Below the pieces are notes generated by a model. The model worked only from the letters and a program-made list of their open reading frames with translations. It was not told the DNA's origin and ran no database searches. The translations under genes and the position numbers were made by a program. From a virus (taxonomy: Duplodnaviria > Caudoviricetes), in the IMG/VR virus record IMGVR_UViG_3300027969_000383, positions 1 to 26,228 of that record: DNA of 26,228 nucleotides; one strand, given 5' to 3'. This document shows positions 1-7,550 of this stretch, piece after piece (the stretch's first letter is position 1; each line of letters starts with the position of its first letter).

Positions 1-1280
1 TCTAAGTAGTACTTGTTAGTAGTACCTTCTGCTACGTCATCAGTTGTCTGACTACCTAAGCTGAATGTAAACACACCTGTTGCTGAATCATAATCTAAAA
101 CGTCTGTATTATCACTTGTTATACTAATAGCACCACGGGCACGAGTATTAGTGAAATACAAGTTTGTTGAACCTTCTGCTACACCATCAGTTGTTGGTGT
201 TGAATAGCTAAAGTTACCAGTTGCGCCATTATAAGTAATGTCGCCACTTGCGCTTACAGCTGCACGTACACGAGTGTTAGTGTAGTATAAGTTTGTTGCG
301 CCTTCTGCTATTGCATCTGTATTTGGCTTAACAAATGTAAATGCACCGTTGCTGTATGACAAAATGTTTGAATCATTAGTTGTCAATGAGATTGCACTGG
401 CTGCGCGAGCGGCTGTGAAATATTGATTTGCTGAACCTTCATTGATGTCATCTGTGTCTAATACTACGTCGTGCGTTTGTGTGTTAACACTCCAAACAGC
501 GGATTGAGTACTAAAAACACCTGTTGCTGAATCATAGGAAATATTTGCACCAGAACTTACTGCGTTACGAGCACGAGTAGTTGTGAAATATAAATTGGTC
601 GCGCCTTCAACAACTTTATCAGTGTCAGGAGTTGTAAAAGTAATTACGCCAGTACCACTGCTATAAGAAAGAAGTGTACCGTCATCACTGTTCATGCTAA
701 TAGCACTACGAGCACGAGCGTTTGAGAAGTATAAGTTTGTGGCACCTTCTAACACACCATCACTAGTTGGATGGTTGTATGTAAATTGACCAGTGCTTTG
801 GTCATAGTCTAAAACAGTTTCATTATCTGAAATTAAACTTATTGTACTACGAACACGAGCCTGTGTGTAGTATAAGTTAGTTGAACCTTCAGCAACATCA
901 TCTGTACTGTAGATCATTTGTGCGTCGACTAAATCGTCAACGTACTGTTTTGTTGTTGCATGTAAGTTGTTTACTGGTGCACCTGACAATGTCAAGTTAC
1001 CTGTCATTGCTTGGCTACCATCTTTTGGTAATTTTGTAGCAATACTATTTGCAACCGTTACGGAAAACGCTTCGTCGTTGTTAATAGCTAATGCTAATTC
1101 TTCTAACGTATTTAATAAACTTGGAGTTAATCCAACTAAATCTGCAATCGCTGATCGAACATAAGCAGTACTAGCCAATTGAGTAGTATTAACGTTCTGT
1201 GCTGCCGTTTCTGCTGTTGGTTGACCACGTAGGTCAACACTGTTCATAATCGAACTTGACCGGGCTTTAATTAATGGCAT
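1..1280 (-). CDS. Repeat-containing tail fibre / virion fibre protein, runs off the left window edge
   Basis: Absent from the ORF track because no stop lies in the window. Manual translation from ATG 1280 (AAGGA SD upstream) gives MPLIKARSSSIMNSVDLRGQPTAETAAQNVNTTQLASTAYVRSAIADLVGLTPSLLNTLEELALAINND..., a typical fibre N-terminus, then 7 copies of TD.V.EG.TNLY[YF]T..RAR. Confidence 0.8.
   Translation of the reverse strand, partial: MPLIKARSSSIMNSVDLRGQPTAETAAQNVNTTQLASTAYVRSAIADLVGLTPSLLNTLEELALAINNDEAFSVTVANSIATKLPKDGSQAMTGNLTLSGAPVNNLHATTKQYVDDLVDAQMIYSTDDVAEGSTNLYYTQARVRSTISLISDNETVLDYDQSTGQFTYNHPTSDGVLEGATNLYFSNARARSAISMNSDDGTLLSYSSGTGVITFTTPDTDKVVEGATNLYFTTTRARNAVSSGANISYDSATGVFSTQSAVWSVNTQTHDVVLDTDDINEGSANQYFTAARAASAISLTTNDSNILSYSNGAFTFVKPNTDAIAEGATNLYYTNTRVRAAVSASGDITYNGATGNFSYSTPTTDGVAEGSTNLYFTNTRARGAISITSDNTDVLDYDSATGVFTFSLGSQTTDDVAEGTTNKYYL
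2..910 (-). repeat. Seven imperfect 43-56 aa protein repeats (core TDxxxEGxTNLYYTxxRAR)
   Basis: EG codons (plus-strand ccttc) recur near 25, 172, 301, 436, 604, 745 and 886. Confidence 0.85.
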
Positions 1281-1316
1281 TTTATTATCCTTAATATTGG
1301 ATTTCTAATGAAATCC

Positions 1317-1523
1317 TCAGGCTTGATTTGAGTCTGAACCTAAAGACTGCGCTAACTCTGCTAGAGTATTAAGTAACTCTGGAGCAGAACCAACTAAATT
1401 AGCAACTTCTTGAGTTACAAATTCTGTTGTAGCAATTTCGGAATATTGACTAGATGTAGTTGGTTCTCCACGTAAATCTACGCTATCGGTTAAAGAACTG
1501 GATCTCAACTTTATCAATGGCAT
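1317..1523 (-). CDS. 68-aa paralogue of the N-terminus of the adjacent fibre protein
   Basis: MPLIKLRSSSLTDSVDLRGEPT...PELLNTLAELA aligns with MPLIKARSSSIMNSVDLRGQPT...PSLLNTLEELA; AAGGAG SD upstream. Confidence 0.75.
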   Translation of the reverse strand: MPLIKLRSSSLTDSVDLRGEPTTSSQYSEIATTEFVTQEVANLVGSAPELLNTLAELAQSLGSDSNQA

Positions 1524-1574
1524 CTTGTCAACTCCTTGGCATTTTTAAGTTTGGTGCCGCCAACTTGGATAAGT

Positions 1575-2717
1575 TCATATGACTAATAGCCAGTAGTTCT
1601 TAGTAATGTTAATAAGACCGTCACTGGCTACTATTGTGATTTCATATCGACTAGGACTGCTGTTATTAGGAGCATTACCTACGATACTTGTTCCGCTTAC
1701 TGATAACCAGCTAATTGCGGATTCGCCTGAATTTGCAGGCTGTATATTAATACTTGTAGTATTATTTACTCCAATTGGAAAATTAATACTGTCTCCACCT
1801 CTAAATCGCCCAATATATGATGTGCTGTCTGTAAACTGAGGTTTTGTTGCGCCGTAATTTATTAAATTTTTATAAACATATTCATTGCCACTGACATCTA
1901 TCAGTGTCAAATCTTGTACTGAGTTCCACAAGGAGCCCATTACTTGACTTGTTTCAACCATAAGTTGAAGAATATTTTCACTGGGATAATCTATCCTAGT
2001 AATTGCTTGGCCACCAATTTTGGCGCCGGTTCCGTATGTTATATCTAAACATACTATAGAAATTGTTGTATATGCACCTATTGTGCTGTAGGATATATTA
2101 GTTACTTTTGGTCTAGGTCTGTCACTGGTTGTGTTACTTCTAAGAATACGAACTTGAATTCTATCACTTTCCGCAGGCGCCTCATCAAATGTAAGTGTAG
2201 TGCCATCTATAATAGCGTAACTATAATAAGGTTCTTGAGTAATACCGTTAATAGATACTACCAATAAATTTGGACTACTTACGCTAGTTTGAATGTCAAA
2301 CTCCAATGTTGTTCCATCGCCCATAAAGTTTCGTGTTATAGGTGTTAGCACATTGGCCTGACTTCTAAATTGTCCAATGGTAGTGTCATATACCAACACT
2401 TCGCCTGTGACAGGACTTGTAACCGTTACATCAGTGAGATCATTCAACTGTAAATTGTTAATTGTATTTGTAAGATCATTATCTGTTTGTGTTATTTGAC
2501 TGTCTACATATACTTTATTTGTCAGTAATTGCCAATTAGTTCCGTCGAAGAATTCAGGATTAAACAGCTCATTTGAATATCTAAATTGACCTTCTGATCC
2601 CAAGGGACGTTGAGTAGAATCACCAATTGGCAGTTTTAACGCACCCTGAGCATTGATCTCTAGTACGCCGCCTTCTGGAGTTAATGTTTCTGTTGAATGA
2701 TTTACTTTAATTGCCAT
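1575..2717 (-). CDS. Virion structural protein with fibre-type motifs and a C-terminal Ig-like domain
   Basis: LPIGDSTQRP..GQFRY..FDGTNW, LNDLTDVTV..GEVLVYD and GDGTT.F..NGITQEP motifs; C-terminal WLSVSGTSIVG..YEITIVASDG resembles He_PIG/Ig. Confidence 0.6.
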   Translation of the reverse strand: MAIKVNHSTETLTPEGGVLEINAQGALKLPIGDSTQRPLGSEGQFRYSNELFNPEFFDGTNWQLLTNKVYVDSQITQTDNDLTNTINNLQLNDLTDVTVTSPVTGEVLVYDTTIGQFRSQANVLTPITRNFMGDGTTLEFDIQTSVSSPNLLVVSINGITQEPYYSYAIIDGTTLTFDEAPAESDRIQVRILRSNTTSDRPRPKVTNISYSTIGAYTTISIVCLDITYGTGAKIGGQAITRIDYPSENILQLMVETSQVMGSLWNSVQDLTLIDVSGNEYVYKNLINYGATKPQFTDSTSYIGRFRGGDSINFPIGVNNTTSINIQPANSGESAISWLSVSGTSIVGNAPNNSSPSRYEITIVASDGLINITKNYWLLVI

Positions 2718-2726
2718 ATTACTTTC

Positions 2727-3125
2727 TTATATTGAAACAAAATCAATGACTGCTGTCCAATTTATAACATCAGTACCTACACCTGTACATGTCACTGTAA
2801 TGTCGCCATCTGAATCAAAACTTATTGTTGGCTCTGTAAAATTACTAGTATCAACATAAGTGTCCGTGACATAACCAGATATTGTTGTGGTTCCTTGTAA
2901 GTAGCAACCTTTTATTTCATAAGCGGCTACATTAGTTCCTTTACCAACAATATATGCTGTAAAGAATACTGTGGATTCCACAGTGTATTTTAATCCATCT
3001 CTGTCTAATAATTCCGTTGTTGCTGTGTTAACTGTTGTGCCAGACAATGTAACTCGTTGGTTTTTTAAGCCTATTTTAAATCTATCAGTAGTTGTACCAT
3101 GTAACTTGGTATATAAGTCTGCCAT
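2727..3125 (-). CDS. Beta-rich hypothetical structural protein (132 aa)
   Basis: Thr/Val-rich, tightly coupled to neighbouring structural genes. Confidence 0.55.
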   Translation of the reverse strand: MADLYTKLHGTTTDRFKIGLKNQRVTLSGTTVNTATTELLDRDGLKYTVESTVFFTAYIVGKGTNVAAYEIKGCYLQGTTTISGYVTDTYVDTSNFTEPTISFDSDGDITVTCTGVGTDVINWTAVIDFVSI

Positions 3126-3358
3126 TATTGTTTATTCCAGCTTTCGAGAATCATTTCCTCTATCTTATTTATTAGATTTTCGCCGGCAGGAGACTTTGTC
3201 CATTTTTTATCCGGGCATTCACTACTAGCAAAAGTAGCCTTGGCAGGCATATAACATCCGCATTGTCGACAAGTAGACATACTACTTTGAAATGATTCGC
3301 ATTGTTTACATATAGACATGCGTTCTAATTTAACTTCTTGATTTACTGTTTTAAACAT
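3125..3358 (-). CDS. Small Cys-rich protein (DUF6171-like), 77 aa; start corrected from 3454
   Basis: R.SICKQC...CRQCGC...CPDKKW. The longer track ORF would run through the gp23 terminator; ATG 3358 lies 5 nt after a perfect TATAAATA. Confidence 0.7.
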   Translation of the reverse strand: MFKTVNQEVKLERMSICKQCESFQSSMSTCRQCGCYMPAKATFASSECPDKKWTKSPAGENLINKIEEMILESWNKQ

Positions 3359-3363
3359 ATGAA

Positions 3364-3371
3364 TATTTATA
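3364..3371 (-). promoter_or_regulatory. T4-type late promoter TATAAATA
   Basis: Exact match to the T4 gp55 late consensus, immediately downstream of the gp23 terminator. Confidence 0.75.
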
Positions 3372-3373
3372 GA

Positions 3374-3402
3374 ACAAAAAGGGCTCCGAAGAGCCCTTTT
3401 GT
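3374..3402 (-). terminator. Rho-independent terminator after the major capsid gene
   Basis: ACAAAAGGGCTC-TTCG-GAGCCCTTTTTGT: GC stem, C(UUCG)G tetraloop, U tract. Confidence 0.9.
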
Positions 3403-3425
3403 AAGTTTGTAAATCGAATTTCGAT

Positions 3426-4607
3426 TTAGAAGAACTTAGCGTCACCCATAGCAATTTTGCCTAGGTAATCGGCAGCGTTGCCCAAAGAGCTTGCTGTGTT
3501 TGTTAGTTCAACATAACCATAACGTGTCATGAAAGAAACTACTGGTTCCATTGTTGATGGATCTAATACTACACCAGAACTCATCAATGGAATGTATGGG
3601 CAATAGAAAGCTGCCGCATCCATTTCGTTAGGACCTTTGTAACCAACCAAGATTGGTGAAGTTGAATCAGCATAGCTGTCAACATAAACACGAACTGAAC
3701 TATTCAATGTACCAGCAAATTTAGTGTTTGTTGGAGCTTCGAAAGTACCTTCTGTTGTACGAGCAAACGCACTAGTTGTTGCGCTTTGTAGAACTGTTAA
3801 TGCTGTTGGGCTAACAACAACATAGTTACCAGCGCCACGACGTGTACGCTGAGCAATACGGTTAGCAACATCATTAATCATGATTGCCAATACAGCGTGT
3901 TGGTCACCAACGAATGTAGGTTGACCTGTGAAGTCTGTACCACTGTTACCTTGGTCAAATGTGTGTACTGCTGTACCACTTAGAGTGCGTAGTTTACCTA
4001 GCAACTCTTGGTCGATTTCAGCTGTAATTTCTTGAGCCAAAGCAGCCATAATTTCTGCTTCAACATCTAGACCGTGCATTGCTTGTGCATCTTGCGCGGC
4101 TTCAAATGTCCAACGTGCAGACATTTTACGTGTTTTAGCTTCAACAGTTTGCTTCAAGATCTGGATGCTTAACTTCTTACCAATAGCACCTTCCATTGTA
4201 GCTGTTGAATCTGGGCCTGGATTGCCAGCATCGCCGTTACCGGAATATGCTTTAGCAATGTTGAATGGGCTCAATGCTTCGCTACCTGCTGTAACACCAG
4301 CTGCAGTTTCAGCATAACGTACACGCAATGTGTGAATTTGACCAACTGGGCCAGTCATTGGTTGTACACCAATGATCTCATTGGCAATAACAGTAGGCAT
4401 AACACGACGGATAACAGGTAAAATTACCTTGTTAAGAACAGCGATGTTACCGCTTTGTGTGGCACCTGCGCTAGCAGATTCCATAATATTTTTCTTTGTG
4501 TTTTCTAACACAGATTCCATAACAGCCTTACGGTTGCCATTCAAGCCTTCTAGTAGAACGTCTTTAGTTGCAGTCCAGTTCTGGGCTTCGAAAAGTTTTT
4601 CAGACAT
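3426..4607 (-). CDS. gp23: Major capsid protein, T4 gp23 family (393 aa; start corrected from 4631)
   Basis: RRVMP..IANEIIGVQPMTGPVG, VEAKTRKMSARWTFEAAQD, FYCPYIPL, FMTRYG; AAGGAG SD before ATG 4607. Confidence 0.95.
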   Translation of the reverse strand: MSEKLFEAQNWTATKDVLLEGLNGNRKAVMESVLENTKKNIMESASAGATQSGNIAVLNKVILPVIRRVMPTVIANEIIGVQPMTGPVGQIHTLRVRYAETAAGVTAGSEALSPFNIAKAYSGNGDAGNPGPDSTATMEGAIGKKLSIQILKQTVEAKTRKMSARWTFEAAQDAQAMHGLDVEAEIMAALAQEITAEIDQELLGKLRTLSGTAVHTFDQGNSGTDFTGQPTFVGDQHAVLAIMINDVANRIAQRTRRGAGNYVVVSPTALTVLQSATTSAFARTTEGTFEAPTNTKFAGTLNSSVRVYVDSYADSTSPILVGYKGPNEMDAAAFYCPYIPLMSSGVVLDPSTMEPVVSFMTRYGYVELTNTASSLGNAADYLGKIAMGDAKFF

Positions 4608-4617
4608 AATCGTCTCC

Positions 4618-5724
4618 TTAAATTTTTCCAATTCCGGCTAATTTTCTTAGTGAAATTATATCTGCCGGAGCAGTGTTATCACTAGAAGCTTTATCGCCTG
4701 TAACCGCAGTCTTCTGCGATGTTGTGCTTTCGGAAATTACAGCTTTGCCTGTTGGCTTGGCTGCTGTTTCATTTAAAACAGCTGGTAAGTATTTGTTATA
4801 TGACTCACGAAGACTTTCAGTTTTCGTTGTTTTTAACAAATCTTGCATAATCTCACGCTTTTCTTTACCTAGCGGAGCTACCAACTCTTGCATGATACTT
4901 TGACGCTTTACGGCATCTTCAGCAATGCGAACCTTAGTTTGTGCTTTGACAATTTCAACATCTTTAGACGTCGCTACTTTAGTAGCTTGGCTTAATTTAG
5001 ATTCTAAAACTGTTAGCTTGTCACTAAGTTTCTTAACTTGTGTACCGTCAGCAAAGCCACTTGCCATGAATTCACCGGCAAATGCTTCCATGATCTTACG
5101 ACCAAATGCATTTTCACGACTTACTTGAATGTCTTCACGTAGTTGTGTAATTTCGCTACGCAATGATTCACCTAGAAGTTTTTCAGCTTTAACGGCTGCT
5201 TCTTTAATGAATTTTGCTTTTGCTTCAGCTATTACTTTGCGACCTTCGGTTACTAGGTCGACACGAGCCTTAACTAATTTGTCTTCATCTTCTTTCAACT
5301 CACGTAGTTCGTTGCTTAGTTTCTTAAGAGCAAATTCTTCAAGTTTCTCGAAGTTTGTTTTTTGTGTAGTACGGTCTTCTCTGAGTTCTTTAACTTCTTT
5401 AGCTAGTGCTTCTAAAACAAACTTGTTTAAAAGTTTAGCATGTTCTTTAACCTGCTTCTTGTATGCCACTTTCGTTTCTACAAGTTCACGTTTGTCAATT
5501 GCTAATTCTTCAAGTTCTTTACGAATCGCTTCGGAAATCATTTTGTCCGCTGCCTCTACAATAAGACCTTTGTCGTGCTCATAACGTTGACTGAACTCTT
5601 CACGAAGATTTGCTTCCACAGCTTCGTTGATTTGTTTTAGTTGTACGTCCCAAGCTTCTTGTAGTTGACTTTGAACTTCCTCAGATAAAACCTCATTACC
5701 AAATAGTTCTTTAATTCCGCTCAT
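4618..5724 (-). CDS. gp22: Prohead core scaffolding protein, gp22-like
   Basis: E/K-rich coiled coil between protease and capsid genes, with many [LI]xE protease sites. Confidence 0.8.
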   Translation of the reverse strand: MSGIKELFGNEVLSEEVQSQLQEAWDVQLKQINEAVEANLREEFSQRYEHDKGLIVEAADKMISEAIRKELEELAIDKRELVETKVAYKKQVKEHAKLLNKFVLEALAKEVKELREDRTTQKTNFEKLEEFALKKLSNELRELKEDEDKLVKARVDLVTEGRKVIAEAKAKFIKEAAVKAEKLLGESLRSEITQLREDIQVSRENAFGRKIMEAFAGEFMASGFADGTQVKKLSDKLTVLESKLSQATKVATSKDVEIVKAQTKVRIAEDAVKRQSIMQELVAPLGKEKREIMQDLLKTTKTESLRESYNKYLPAVLNETAAKPTGKAVISESTTSQKTAVTGDKASSDNTAPADIISLRKLAGIGKI

Positions 5725-5735
5725 CTTTATTCCCC

Positions 5736-6374
5736 TTAATTTTTATTTAGGTTATTGATGAACCTGAGAACCTCTTCCTTGAGGTATTTTTGTGCTTTAT
5801 TGTCATATCTGGATGCTTCCGCAACACCCCATAGGGCGCCGCGTCTACGATCGTGCATAACACGTTCATAGATAGCTTTTGGATATGCGTTTGGAGCACT
5901 TGGCTGGGCCACGATGTCAACCGTGACTATCTCAAAATCAGAAACGCCACCAGATTCATTGACGTTGCCTGACCCCCTACTCGAAACACCAAGTTTAACT
6001 CCGCTTGACAGCAGAGTTTCGACAATTTTACCCATTGGTGTTGGTAGGATTTTTAATTTACCTATACCAGTGTTTTCATTCATGTACATGTTTGTAATCA
6101 TGTGTGAAACACGGTCTAAGTTAACTTGTAGGTCATCAGGGTGATCAGCTTCGCCGAGCACACTGTAACCATTTTTAATTTTTTCTGAAATGGCAGAACA
6201 TGCTTTGGCAATTTCATTGACTTGATATACACGCTGATTATGATTGCGTACACCACCTTCAATGAAAATGCCTTCCATGTAGAGATCTTTGCCACCCGTA
6301 GCATTTTCGACGATCTGCGTTTTCATCTTTGCTTGATCGTATGTCAATGATTCTACTAATGGTAAGTATGCCAT
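5736..6374 (-). CDS. gp21: Prohead protease, T4 gp21 family
   Basis: YMEGIF, NHNQRVY, GEADHP (His), GVSSRGSG (Ser), TVDIVAQPSAPNA. Confidence 0.93.
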   Translation of the reverse strand: MAYLPLVESLTYDQAKMKTQIVENATGGKDLYMEGIFIEGGVRNHNQRVYQVNEIAKACSAISEKIKNGYSVLGEADHPDDLQVNLDRVSHMITNMYMNENTGIGKLKILPTPMGKIVETLLSSGVKLGVSSRGSGNVNESGGVSDFEIVTVDIVAQPSAPNAYPKAIYERVMHDRRRGALWGVAEASRYDNKAQKYLKEEVLRFINNLNKN

Positions 6375-6378
6375 TTAA

Positions 6379-7215
6379 TTAACTCTTTGCTACTGGGCTA
6401 GTTTTATTGCTAGCGGCATCACCGTTCTTAGGAACGCTTACGCCTTTTGGAGCTGGAGCCTTAGCATTGCCAACTTTGTTTACGTTGCCCATGTCATCAG
6501 TCTTGCTACTCGGAGTAGCTTGACCTGCACCAGCTTCGCCTGTGAAGTTAACTGCTTTAGCGCCATTGCCGCCTACTTTAGGACCATTACCTACTGGACT
6601 CTTAGTATTTGCGCCATTGTCGCCGTGTGTTGGCTTGCTAACAGCTTTTAAAGTTGTTGCTTCACCGAATGCACGATAACCTTCAGCTTTAGGTTCGTCA
6701 CCCATTGGAGGCATGTCGTCCATAGCTGGCTCATCGCCACCCATAGCTGGCGCATCACCTGTTAGTTCAGCAAAAAATGCTTTTAATTCTTCTAGTGCGT
6801 CTGTAGCAACGTCTAGTTGTTCGGCTGCGCCTTCAGCACCTGCTGGAGCACCTTCTCCGCCTTCAGCATCGCCCATAGCCAAGTCAGCCGTAGCTTCGTC
6901 GTCTGTTGGTTCATCAGCTGCCATTGGATCTTCGTTGTCATCGGCTTCACCGAATAAACTTTCGTCTTCTAGGTCTTCTTCGTTAGCAATAACTTCATCT
7001 TCGAAATCATGGCTAGCGGAATCGCCAAAGCCTTCGTCTAAGTCTTCTTCGACTTCTTCATCTAATTCTTCTTCAGCAGCTTCGTCGAATTGACTTAGCT
7101 CTTCATAGATTGATTTGCCTTTTTGAACAAAGTACTGATGTAGCAAGTCGCTTGCACGATCATCTTCTTTGTTAATAAGGGCTTCTAAAACTTGTTCTAA
7201 TGTATGTTTAGACAT
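6379..7215 (-). CDS. Highly acidic low-complexity prohead core protein (gp67-like position)
   Basis: D/E-rich first two thirds and G/K/P-rich C-terminus; strong AAGGAGAG SD; lies between portal and protease. Confidence 0.6.
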   Translation of the reverse strand: MSKHTLEQVLEALINKEDDRASDLLHQYFVQKGKSIYEELSQFDEAAEEELDEEVEEDLDEGFGDSASHDFEDEVIANEEDLEDESLFGEADDNEDPMAADEPTDDEATADLAMGDAEGGEGAPAGAEGAAEQLDVATDALEELKAFFAELTGDAPAMGGDEPAMDDMPPMGDEPKAEGYRAFGEATTLKAVSKPTHGDNGANTKSPVGNGPKVGGNGAKAVNFTGEAGAGQATPSSKTDDMGNVNKVGNAKAPAPKGVSVPKNGDAASNKTSPVAKS

Positions 7216-7258
7216 AATGTATTTCTCTCCTTTTGGCCAAAAGTGGTTGTCTGTATTA

Positions 7259-7266
7259 TATTTACA
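7259..7266 (-). promoter_or_regulatory. Late promoter variant TGTAAATA for the core-protease-scaffold-capsid operon
   Basis: TAAATA core in the intergenic gap, about 45 nt before ATG 7215 and downstream of a terminator-like hairpin. Confidence 0.6.
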
Positions 7267-7297
7267 GATATATTACAAAAGTATAAGGAAATAGAGT

Positions 7298-7330
7298 TAA
7301 AAACCCAGTTTTCTATTAGAAAACTAGGTT
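7298..7330 (-). terminator. Probable terminator after the portal operon
   Basis: AACCTAGTTTTCT-AAT-AGAAAACTGGGTT-TTT on the minus strand, with one U-G pair. Confidence 0.55.
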
Positions 7331-7343
7331 AAGTATAAGGAAA

Positions 7344-7550
7344 TTACATTGGCGCCATTGGCCGCTGATAAATTTTCTTATAAAGTTCTTTACGCTCGTC
7401 AATTTCTAGCTTTCGAATTTCGCGCATTTTTCTAAGCTTACTTAAATGTTCAAGTGTTAGTCTAGGACGCCTTGTATCCATCTTTTTTGCTTTAGCAAAT
7501 TCATTATTCGCAGGATCGTTATAACCTGGTTTAACTTCCATTAATTTCAT
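7344..7550 (-). CDS. Small basic head-module protein (68 aa)
   Basis: ATGA overlap with the portal stop; DTRRPRLTLEHLSKLRKMR; N-terminal MKLME. Confidence 0.7.
   Translation of the reverse strand: MKLMEVKPGYNDPANNEFAKAKKMDTRRPRLTLEHLSKLRKMREIRKLEIDERKELYKKIYQRPMAPM

Noticed and set aside
1-910. Diversity-generating retroelement TR/VR pair in the fibre repeats
   Set aside because: The repeats are diverged at all positions rather than adenine-specifically, and no reverse transcriptase is in the window.
1281-1319. Stop-codon readthrough fusing the 68-aa ORF to the in-frame fibre gene
   Set aside because: The 36-nt spacer is in frame but contains a second stop (TAG), and the fibre has its own SD.
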